This document shows positions 46,378 to 53,954 of a stretch of 64,000 bases of DNA, piece by piece. Below the pieces are notes generated by a model. The model was not told where the DNA came from and made no database searches. It was given only the letters and a program-made list of their open reading frames with translations. The stretch is from Myxococcota bacterium (GTDB lineage: Bacteria > Myxococcota_A > UBA9160 > UBA6930). The stretch lies in assembly GCA_965223415.1 (NCBI GenBank), contig OZ245002.1:2092388-2156387 (forward strand), in the 5' to 3' direction. A program made the position numbers and the translations under genes. The stretch's first letter is position 1, and the number at the start of each line of letters is the position of its first letter.

Positions 46378-47495
46378 ATCGAGTCGAAGCCCCACACGTA
46401 GAGAGGGAAAGGCAACCGGCCGCCTACCGCCTCCCGCTCCGCCGGCGTCAGTGCCGCGTGGAGTGAGGCTGCAGCTGGTGCGTCCTCTCCGCCGAAGAGC
46501 AGCGACAACGCCTGGGCGTGGTTCAGCCGCAGCTCACCCTCGCCTCCGCCCAGCCGTACGCCGTCACGGCTGTTCGCGAGGGCAACGCGCGCGAGCTCCG
46601 GCCGGTCGGCGGCGATCGCCCGCCACAGCCCTGCCGGATCCAGCAGCCGCATCAGGGCGAAGCTCCCCTCCTTGCCCACGGCGCCCGCGTCGTCCAGGAG
46701 CTTTGCCAGCAGGTCGGCGCCCGGGCCGACCATCAAGGCCAGGGCGCGGCGCTCCGCCAGGAGCTCCAACAGGCAGGCCAGCACGCCGGTCGCCTGGCCG
46801 GCCCACTCGTGGACGACGTCCGCGAAGTCGTCGCCGCGGCCGAGGGCGGCATAGGCGATCGGGCGGCCCCGGTGGTGGGCGACGCGCAGGTCGACCTGGG
46901 GGCCGGCGGCGAGTCGCGCCAACTCGCCGGGGCTGCGCTCCGCCCGGAACGGCTTGGCGTCGTAGAGGGCCTCGAGAGCGCTCCACTCCCTCTCCACCGG
47001 CGGGCCCACGTCGAGGAGGGCCGCGCCCTCCAGTCGCGCGCTGGCGCGGCGGACGACCGTTTCGTCGACAAACAGGAAGCGCTCGCGGCCGGCCGGATGG
47101 AAACCCAGGCGCCGGTAGAAATCCTGGCGATCGCTCCACAAGAGGGCGAGCGGGATGTCCTCGCTCCGCAAGCGCTCGGAACAGGCCTCGACGCAGCGGC
47201 TCGCCAGTCCGCGCCCTCGAGCGGCCTCCTCCGTGTACACGAGGCCGATCATGCCGAGCCGCAGGCGAAGCCCACCGACGCGGGCGGTCGTGCGGTGGAT
47301 CATGGCGTGAGCCAACGGCCGATCGCCCTCGCGCACCAGGAGCTGGTCGGCTGCGTGCTCCCTTCTCAGGGAAATCGGGTACTCCGCCTCGAGTCTTCCC
47401 CGGGTTCCTCCGCGAAGTCCGTCGTCGAGCCAGTCGACGACAGACCGCCACTCGTCGTCGTCGACAGCAGCGAGCGTGGCGCGCTCTGCATCCAT
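46374..47495 (-). CDS. Eis-like GNAT acetyltransferase (GNAT + SCP2-like C-terminal region)
   Basis: Internal ATG (MDAERATL). GNAT core [19 protein letters not shown] and FYRRLGF, with a long C-terminal region ending in an Eis-like aromatic tail. Confidence 0.75.
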   Translation of the reverse strand: MDAERATLAAVDDDEWRSVVDWLDDGLRGGTRGRLEAEYPISLRREHAADQLLVREGDRPLAHAMIHRTTARVGGLRLRLGMIGLVYTEEAARGRGLASRCVEACSERLRSEDIPLALLWSDRQDFYRRLGFHPAGRERFLFVDETVVRRASARLEGAALLDVGPPVEREWSALEALYDAKPFRAERSPGELARLAAGPQVDLRVAHHRGRPIAYAALGRGDDFADVVHEWAGQATGVLACLLELLAERRALALMVGPGADLLAKLLDDAGAVGKEGSFALMRLLDPAGLWRAIAADRPELARVALANSRDGVRLGGGEGELRLNHAQALSLLFGGEDAPAAASLHAALTPAEREAVGGRLPFPLYVWGFDSI

Positions 47496-47579
47496 GGAAG
47501 GGCGAATCGCAAGAACGATGCCGCGTTCTCGCCGGCGCTCGTCGTCCCTCGACGACGAATTGTGTCGCGACCTTTCGAC

Positions 47580-47590
47580 CTGAAACGCGG
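47580..47590 (+). promoter_or_regulatory. CTGAAACGCGG motif (candidate enhancer/UAS)
   Basis: Identical 11-mer to 61274..61284, about 140 nt upstream of the fliC sigma54 promoter. Preceded by gacctttc as at 24611. Confidence 0.4.
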
Positions 47591-47721
47591 AAGGCGTGCC
47601 GGTGGAACGGTGGTTCGCATCACACAAGTGCAGCGCGCGCGCATCCGCAGGGGAAAGGCCGCGCCGGCCTCTGGAGACGGCGAAACATGCATGCTAGGCC
47701 AGGCGTTTCGCCCAGGGCCGG

Positions 47722-47737
47722 TGGCACCCGCCTTGCA
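47722..47737 (+). promoter_or_regulatory. sigma54 promoter upstream of fliC
   Basis: Perfect TGGCAC-ccgcc-TTGCA, about 140 nt upstream of the fliC ATG. Confidence 0.75.
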
Positions 47738-47878
47738 GCCAGGAGCGTCCGGGCCTCGTGTGAGCGTGCTCTCGCGGTGCCCCCCCATCCGGGACGCTCG
47801 AGTGAGTGCCTCGGAAGCCAGAAGAGGGCTCACCAAGGATCGGTGAGTCAGGACCGTTCACGGAGGAAACAGAATCCA

Positions 47879-48703
47879 ATGGGTCTTCGAGTCAACAACA
47901 ACATCGCTTCGCTCAACGCGCAGCGAAACCTCGCCACCACCACGAACAACCTGCAGCGTTCGCTGGAGCGGCTGTCCTCGGGTCTGCGGATCACTCGCGC
48001 GTCCGACGATGCGGCCGGTCTGGCGATCTCCGAGCGGTTCCGCGCCGAGGTGCGGAGTCTCCAGCAGGCGCAGCGGAACGCCAACGACGGCATTTCGCTG
48101 CTGCAGATCGCGGAAGGCGCCCTCAACGAGACGAGCGGCATCCTCACGCGTCTGCGCGAGCTCGCCATCCAGTCGGCGAACGGCACCCTCGGGACCGCCG
48201 AGCGCACCACACTGGACAACGAGTTCAACGACTTGGTGACGGAGATCGGGCGGATCGCCCAGGTGACGGAGTTCAACGGCACCAAGCTGTTGGACGGCAC
48301 GGCGCCGAGCGTCACCTTCCAGGTGGGATCGAACAACACGGCCAACGACCAGATCACGGTCACTGGCGTGGATGCCACTGCCACCGGAATCGGCATCAGC
48401 GCGGCCGGTATCGATACGGTTGCCAACGCCCAGGCGGCGCTGTCGCTGATCGACTCGGCCATCGGAACCGTCGCGTCCCTGCGCGCCGGCTTCGGTACCG
48501 CCCAGAACCGCCTCGAGTCCACGATCCGATCGATCGCGGTCTCCGTGGAGAACACCACGGCGGCCGAGTCCCGGATCCGCGACGTCGATGTGGCCTCCGA
48601 GACCGCCATCCTGACGCGGAACCAGGTTCTGCAGCAGGCCGGCATCTCGGTGCTCGCCCAGGCGAACGTGTCGACGCAGAACGCGTTGGCCCTGCTCCAG
48701 TAG
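47879..48703 (+). CDS. fliC: flagellin
   Basis: 274 aa with MGLRVNNNIASLNAQRNL, SSGLRITRASDDAAGLAISE and a C-terminal ILTRNQVLQQAGISVLAQANVSTQNALALLQ. Short variable domain. Confidence 0.95.
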   Translation: MGLRVNNNIASLNAQRNLATTTNNLQRSLERLSSGLRITRASDDAAGLAISERFRAEVRSLQQAQRNANDGISLLQIAEGALNETSGILTRLRELAIQSANGTLGTAERTTLDNEFNDLVTEIGRIAQVTEFNGTKLLDGTAPSVTFQVGSNNTANDQITVTGVDATATGIGISAAGIDTVANAQAALSLIDSAIGTVASLRAGFGTAQNRLESTIRSIAVSVENTTAAESRIRDVDVASETAILTRNQVLQQAGISVLAQANVSTQNALALLQ

Positions 48704-48711
48704 TCCCCATC

Positions 48712-48786
48712 GCGGAGCGCGGCGACGCGGCCGCGCTCCGCACCCCCCGTTCGCCCCGGAGGCGGGTCCGACCCCCGCCTCCGGGG
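48712..48786 (+). terminator. two tandem GC-rich hairpins after fliC
   Basis: A 12-bp stem (48712..48723 / 48730..48741) and a 13-bp stem (48754..48766 / 48774..48786). No U-tract, so terminator versus attenuator is uncertain. Confidence 0.45.
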
Positions 48787-48823
48787 CCAACCGCGTCCCC
48801 AAGAATGATGAGGAACACGGGAG

Positions 48824-50233
48824 ATGGGAATCCGAGTCGGCGGGCTCTCCACGGGCCTGGACACCGCAGCGCTGATCGAGGCCTTCGTGGCCTTCGAGCG
48901 CCGTCCGCTCGATCTCGTGGAGGCGCGCAAGGCCGAAGTCGAGACCCAGCAGTCCCTGTTCCGGGATCTGAACAGCAAGCTCCAGGCGCTGCGCGACGCG
49001 GCCGCGGCTGTCGACAACCAGAACAGCCTCCTCACCGGCCCGACCCTCGACGAGGAGCTCCTCGAGTTCGGCGTCCTCTCGTCGAACGAGAGCGTGCTTA
49101 CTGGTAACGCGACCGGCAACGCGACGCCCGGCAGCCTCGACGTGGAGGTGGAACGGCTCGCGACAGTCGGCCGCCGCTTCTCCGCGGCGTTCGCCGACGA
49201 CACGGCGATCATCGCCAACTCCGGCGAGACGCTGAGCATCGACTACGGCGGCACGAGCAACATCGACATCACGGTCGGTGCCACAGGTTCCAGCCTCCAG
49301 GACCTGAAAGACGCGATCAACACGGATTCCAACAATCAGGGCAACGTGCGCGCCGACATCCTCTTCGACGGCACGAGCTATCGGCTGATCGTGTCCGGTG
49401 CCAACACCGGCGCGGCCAACGACGTCAGCGTCACCACCACCATCTCCGGGCCCGGTGCCCTGCCCTTCGTGGACGCGGCACTGGACCAGGCGGCCCAGGA
49501 CGCCCGGGTCAAGGTCTTCGGGAACATCACGATCGATCGGCCCGAGAACGACATCACCGACGTCGTGCCAGGCCTCACCCTGAAGCTTCACGCAGCGGAT
49601 CCGGGCTTCCCGGTCACTCTCGACGTGCAGCGCGACGACGAGAAGCTCGCCGAGAAGTTCCAGGCGTTCGTGGACGCCTACAACAGCGTCGTCGACTTCG
49701 TGAACTCCCAGAGCCGCTTCGACGAGGAGGCCGAGAAGGCCGGGCCGCTCTCCGGCAACCCGACCCTGCGCGGCATCCAGTTCGCACTCCAGAACGCACT
49801 GCAGGGGAGCTCGGCGAATCCCTACCAGTTCGCCGGCAACCCCCTGCGCTCGGCCGGCGAGTTCGGCATCGAGCTCGGTTCCGACGGCAGGCTCAACCTG
49901 AACACGACCGAGATGACCGAGAAGCTCGACGAGGACCCGTTCGCCGTGCGCCAGTTCCTGGCTGGCGACGGGACCGACGACGGAATGGCCCTCGCCATGG
50001 CCAAGGCCGTCGACGAGTACATCCGCTCCGGCGACGGCATCCTGGCCGGCGTCGATGAGTCGCTCCAGAACCGCATCGCGAACTTCGAGGTCCAGATCGA
50101 GCGCTTCGAGGCGCGGCTCGAGAAGCGGGAGGAGCTGCTCGTGCTCCAGTTCTCGCGCCTCGAGTCCTCGATCGCCGCGCTCCAGGCCCAGGGGAACTCG
50201 CTGAACGGCCTCTTGCTCACCAGATCGGTGTAG
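48824..50233 (+). CDS. fliD: flagellar filament cap protein FliD
   Basis: 469 aa with N-terminal GLSTGLDTAALIEAFVAFERRPL and C-terminal FliD motifs. Confidence 0.9.
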   Translation: MGIRVGGLSTGLDTAALIEAFVAFERRPLDLVEARKAEVETQQSLFRDLNSKLQALRDAAAAVDNQNSLLTGPTLDEELLEFGVLSSNESVLTGNATGNATPGSLDVEVERLATVGRRFSAAFADDTAIIANSGETLSIDYGGTSNIDITVGATGSSLQDLKDAINTDSNNQGNVRADILFDGTSYRLIVSGANTGAANDVSVTTTISGPGALPFVDAALDQAAQDARVKVFGNITIDRPENDITDVVPGLTLKLHAADPGFPVTLDVQRDDEKLAEKFQAFVDAYNSVVDFVNSQSRFDEEAEKAGPLSGNPTLRGIQFALQNALQGSSANPYQFAGNPLRSAGEFGIELGSDGRLNLNTTEMTEKLDEDPFAVRQFLAGDGTDDGMALAMAKAVDEYIRSGDGILAGVDESLQNRIANFEVQIERFEARLEKREELLVLQFSRLESSIAALQAQGNSLNGLLLTRSV

Positions 50234-50261
50234 ACGACGGACCACACGTCTCGGAGGGGAG

Positions 50262-50636
50262 ATGGGAAACCGGTACCAGCAGATGGACATCTCGACGGCG
50301 TCGCCGGAGGCGATCGTCGCGAAGCTGTTCCAGGGTGCGATCCGCCACGCGCGCCGCGCACGGTCGCTGGACACCGACGGGCCGCCCGGAGAGCGGGGCC
50401 AGTCCATCTCCAAGGCCGTCGCGATCGTCGGGGAGCTCCGCAGCTCACTCGACCACGACCGCGGCGGTGAGATCGCGGACAACCTGGCCCGGCTCTACGA
50501 CTTCGTGATCGAGCGGCTCACCGAGGCCAACCTGCGCCGAGCGGGTCAGCCCATCGACGACGCGCTGCAGGTGCTCGACACCCTCGAAGAGGCGTGGGCC
50601 GAGCTGGCCCGCCGCGGTGAGCGGGGCGCGGCGTGA
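50262..50636 (+). CDS. fliS: flagellin-specific chaperone FliS
   Basis: 124 aa with FliS motifs (ASPEAIVAKLFQGAI, LYDFVIERL). Confidence 0.85.
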   Translation: MGNRYQQMDISTASPEAIVAKLFQGAIRHARRARSLDTDGPPGERGQSISKAVAIVGELRSSLDHDRGGEIADNLARLYDFVIERLTEANLRRAGQPIDDALQVLDTLEEAWAELARRGERGAA

Positions 50637-50968
50637 GCGCCCTGGCCGCCCGCGCCCGAGCGCTGCGGAAGGCGGCGATCGCCCTGGCGGCGGCGGTGGA
50701 GCAGGGCGAGCCCGAGAGCCTGGAGGCGGCCCTCTCCGTGAGGGAGACGGCCTTCGAGCAGCTCCTCGAAGGAGCCGGCGACGGCCTCGACGCCAAGAGC
50801 CGGCCGATCGTGGAGGAAGTGATCGCCCTCGACGCCCGGATCCAGCAACGGCTCCGCGAACAGCAGGCCGCGATCCGGGCCGAGCTCGACCAGATCGCCC
50901 ACACCCGCCGGGTGGTCGCCCGCGAGACCGCCGACGACGTACCGCGCTTCGTGAGCCGGCGCGCATGA
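50633..50968 (+). CDS. FliT-like helical protein (hypothetical)
   Basis: GTGA-coupled to fliS. 111 aa, all-helical, in the fliT position. Sequence similarity could not be verified. Confidence 0.4.
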   Translation: MSALAARARALRKAAIALAAAVEQGEPESLEAALSVRETAFEQLLEGAGDGLDAKSRPIVEEVIALDARIQQRLREQQAAIRAELDQIAHTRRVVARETADDVPRFVSRRA

Positions 50969-52005
50969 GCGACGAAGAAGCCCAGGAGGTGGCCGAACAG
51001 GCTCCGGAAGAGGAGCCCGAGACGACCGAAGAGGCCGAGAGCGGCGAGGCGGGCGCCGAATCGCCGGACGCGGCCGAGCTCGATGCGGAGGCGCTGGCCG
51101 GCGTGGCTCGGGACTTCGCCGCGACCTTCTCGAAGGACCTCTCCGCGCTCCTCGGTGCCGACGCGAGCCTCTCGGTCCAGGGCACTTCCGTCGCGCAGCC
51201 CGACGCGCTCGTGTGTCCCGACGCCGTCGTCGATCAGCTCGCGCGATGCGAGGGCGAGCCGGCCCGAAGTCTGCACGTGCTGGTTCCCGTTGCCGACGCC
51301 GTCGGAATGGGGGCTCTCCAGGCAGGCGGCGAAGGTGATGCGGTGACCGAGGCGCGGGAGGGCGGGGACTTCGCTGCCCACGCCGAGGCCTTCGGCGAGG
51401 TGATGAAGCTCGCGGCCGCTGTGCTCTCCAAGCTGCTCGAGCCCCACGGTGTCGGCCCGCTCGCCCTGCAGGACGCACGGCCGCTGGAGGACGCGGCGAG
51501 CGACACCTCCTGGCTCGGCGACGCGGCCCAGTGGTGCCTGCGCCTCGAGCTCGGCGTGGAGGGCTTCGACGGGGCGCCGCTCCTCGTCCTCCTCGAGAAG
51601 GTGGAGGGCGACGGCGAGGCGGATGCGGCCCTCGAAGACCTCTCGGTCGTGATCATCGACCCGGACGGAGAAGAGCGGGACCGCATCGAGGAGGTCGGAG
51701 AGCAAAAGGGCCGCGAGATCGCCGCCATCGATCCCGCAGAGTTCGACGACGACAGCCGCGAGTCGATCGAAGAGGCCGACGCGGTGATCGTTGCCTGGCA
51801 GCTCGGCGGGCGCTCCGGCCTCGAGCTCGTCGAGCATCTCGTGCGCCACGAGCAGACCTCGGGTACGCCGGCGCTCCTCGCCCACGATCTGGCCCATCGC
51901 GGGATGGTCGAGAGTGCGCTGCGCGCCGGCGCCCGCGGCTTCGTGCTCCGGCCCTACGACGTAGAAGAGATCGAGAAGGCCGTCACCGCGGCCCGCCGCT
52001 CCTAA
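50965..52005 (+). CDS. acidic N-terminal domain protein with C-terminal pseudo-receiver (REC-like) domain
   Basis: ATGA-coupled, 346 aa. The C-terminal 120 aa or so align by eye with CheY (VVIIDPDG..., DAVIVAWQLGGRSGLELV, GFVLRPY), with Ala at the phosphoacceptor position. Confidence 0.6.
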   Translation: MSDEEAQEVAEQAPEEEPETTEEAESGEAGAESPDAAELDAEALAGVARDFAATFSKDLSALLGADASLSVQGTSVAQPDALVCPDAVVDQLARCEGEPARSLHVLVPVADAVGMGALQAGGEGDAVTEAREGGDFAAHAEAFGEVMKLAAAVLSKLLEPHGVGPLALQDARPLEDAASDTSWLGDAAQWCLRLELGVEGFDGAPLLVLLEKVEGDGEADAALEDLSVVIIDPDGEERDRIEEVGEQKGREIAAIDPAEFDDDSRESIEEADAVIVAWQLGGRSGLELVEHLVRHEQTSGTPALLAHDLAHRGMVESALRAGARGFVLRPYDVEEIEKAVTAARRS

Positions 52006-52014
52006 CCCCAAGAA

Positions 52015-52090
52015 CGCAAGAGTGGGGACGTTCCTTGCATCTTGCGTTTGCCACGAAACGCAAGATGCAAGGAACGTCCCCACTCTTGCG
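52015..52090. repeat. 76-bp perfect palindromic element, copy 2 (35-bp arms, 6-nt loop)
   Basis: cgcaagagtggggacgttccttgcatcttgcgttt (52015..52049) is perfectly complementary to 52056..52090. Same 32-nt core as 6795..6868. It lies between two convergent stop codons. Confidence 0.9.
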
Positions 52091-52399
52091 CTAGACCTTC
52101 ATGTCGAGGAGCGAGCCCTTCAGCTCGAGCTCCGCGTCGAGGGTGCGCAGGGCGGCCTGACCGCTCACCAGCGCCTTGGTCTGCTCGATCTTCTCCCGCC
52201 CCAGGTCCACTTCGCGGGGATCCTTCGTCCGGTTCACCACAGCCTGGGGCCTCTGGCCGGCGTCGACGGCCTGCTGGACTTCCAGCGGATGGAAGTCCGG
52301 CGTGTTCAAGTTGGCCACGTTGTGCGCCGAGGCTTCGAGCCTCTTGGTGGCGACGTCGAGGCCGGCGAGGCCCGCCGAGGCGGCATCGGAGATCATCAT
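52091..52399 (-). CDS. small protein with flagellar rod N-terminal motif
   Basis: Start MMISD is preceded by gggaggaa. 102 aa with SAHNVANLNTPDF, matching the ANNLAN-x-T-x-GF(K) rod/hook signature. Lacks the C-terminal rod domain. Confidence 0.55.
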   Translation of the reverse strand: MMISDAASAGLAGLDVATKRLEASAHNVANLNTPDFHPLEVQQAVDAGQRPQAVVNRTKDPREVDLGREKIEQTKALVSGQAALRTLDAELELKGSLLDMKV

Positions 52400-52819
52400 C
52401 TTCCTCCCGCCCCTCCCGTGGATCTGCATCGTCGCTGGTTCCCCGCGGCTTGAGCCGATCCCCCCGGGCCTCCGGGGTTTCCCCGAGTGCACCTGCAGCC
52501 TTTCCCCGAGTCGGTGTCACCTGCACGGACGAATCGTGCACTCACGACCATGGAGCTCTTCCTTCTCGCCGGTTGTGCCTGCGTCGCGTGGACCGCCGCG
52601 GAGCTCGGACGCGCTGCGGCCAGGCCGTCCGCCTCCTTCGGCGCGATCGACGGGCGGGGTCGCCCCCTCGACGTGGTGCTCGATCGCCGGGCCGCCGCCC
52701 GCGGTCGCCGCACGGACGACGCCGCCAGTCTCTCCCTTCGCGTCTGACCAGGATCGGGGAAACGCCCGATCGACCGGAGCGCGCAGGCGACCGAAACGGG
52801 TCTCCGAAGGGAGTCGCCC

Positions 52820-53917
52820 GTGGGATCGAAGAACGCTCCGAACGAGGATCCGGCCCTCGACGCGCTCGCTGCGGCGCTTCGAGATTGGGGTGAGATGGCC
52901 ATCGCCCTGGCCGAGCGCGATCCGGACGAGATCCGCGAGGACTTCGACGGTTGGGCCCGGCACGCCGTACTGGCTGCGCCGCGCCCCGGTCTCGACGACC
53001 CGGGCGCGCCGCCCGCCGCTCACAAGGATTGGAACGGCCTCGGCCGCTTCGTGCGGGAGCACCGGCGAGCCGAGCACGACTTCGTCACGCGCAGCCTGGC
53101 CGACCTGCGACAGGTGATCTGGCACTTCGTCCAGAGCCTGGGACGCGCGATCAGCGAGGACCGCAAGGCCGACGGCGAGGTGGCCACCAAGATGCTCGAT
53201 CTGCGCCGCGCGGTGGAGTCGAACGACACTGAGGCTCTCAAGCGCGAAGCTCTCGCTTCGATCACGCTCATCCAGAGCCGCATCGAGGGCCGCAAGCGTC
53301 GCGAGCAGGGGCAGATCGAGGAGCTCTCCGGCAAGCTCGAAGACATGGCGACCGAGCTCGTGGAGGTGAAGGAGCAGCTCTCGGTCGACGCCCTCACGCA
53401 GGTGTGCAACCGCGCCGGCTTCGACGACCACGTCTCCCGCGTGGTGAGCCTGGGCTTCGTTCTCGGCCAGCCGGCCATCCTGTTCATGATCGACGTGGAT
53501 CACTTCAAGTGGGTCAACGATCGCTACGGGCACGGGGCCGGCGACGAGGTGCTGCGAAAGGTGGCCGCCCGGCTCGAGCACACCTTCCGCCGCAAGGGCG
53601 ACTTCCTGGCGCGCTTCGGTGGCGACGAGTTCGCCGCGGTGATCCTCGAGGACAGCCTGGAGATCGCCGATCGGATCGGCGAGCGCCTGCTCTTCGCGAT
53701 TCGCGACCTGGACGTCCCGTGGGAGGACGAGGAAGAGCCGATCCGTGTGTCGGTCTCGGTGGGCGCCGCTCGCCTGGAGCCCGGCGAGAACGCGACGAGC
53801 TGGTTCGAGCGCGCGGACCGCGCCCTCTACCAGGCCAAGGAGCTCGGCCGGGACCGGCTCGCCATCGCCACGCCGGACGGAAGCTCCCGGGAAGAGAGCG
53901 CCGCCGAGACCGAGTAA
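52820..53917 (+). CDS. GGDEF diguanylate cyclase with N-terminal helical sensor region
   Basis: 365 aa with an intact GGDEF site (ARFGGDEF) and an RxxD-type region upstream, preceded by a coiled coil. Confidence 0.9.
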   Translation: MGSKNAPNEDPALDALAAALRDWGEMAIALAERDPDEIREDFDGWARHAVLAAPRPGLDDPGAPPAAHKDWNGLGRFVREHRRAEHDFVTRSLADLRQVIWHFVQSLGRAISEDRKADGEVATKMLDLRRAVESNDTEALKREALASITLIQSRIEGRKRREQGQIEELSGKLEDMATELVEVKEQLSVDALTQVCNRAGFDDHVSRVVSLGFVLGQPAILFMIDVDHFKWVNDRYGHGAGDEVLRKVAARLEHTFRRKGDFLARFGGDEFAAVILEDSLEIADRIGERLLFAIRDLDVPWEDEEEPIRVSVSVGAARLEPGENATSWFERADRALYQAKELGRDRLAIATPDGSSREESAAETE

Positions 53918-53954
53918 GGGCGGAGGGCGCGCCCGGCGGTCCCGGTCGGGACGG

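Noticed and set aside
52478-52525. An imperfect direct repeat: tttccccgagtgcacctgca and tttccccgagtcggtgtcacctgca.
   Set aside because: Only two units with an indel, so it is not a CRISPR array and not clearly a promoter element. It may be a regulator site for the divergent rod-motif and GGDEF genes, but the evidence is too thin to call.
52487-52747. An 86-aa plus-strand ORF in the intergenic region upstream of the GGDEF gene.
   Set aside because: It has no RBS, no recognisable motif and an Arg/Ala-rich composition. It lies in the probable promoter region for two divergent genes.
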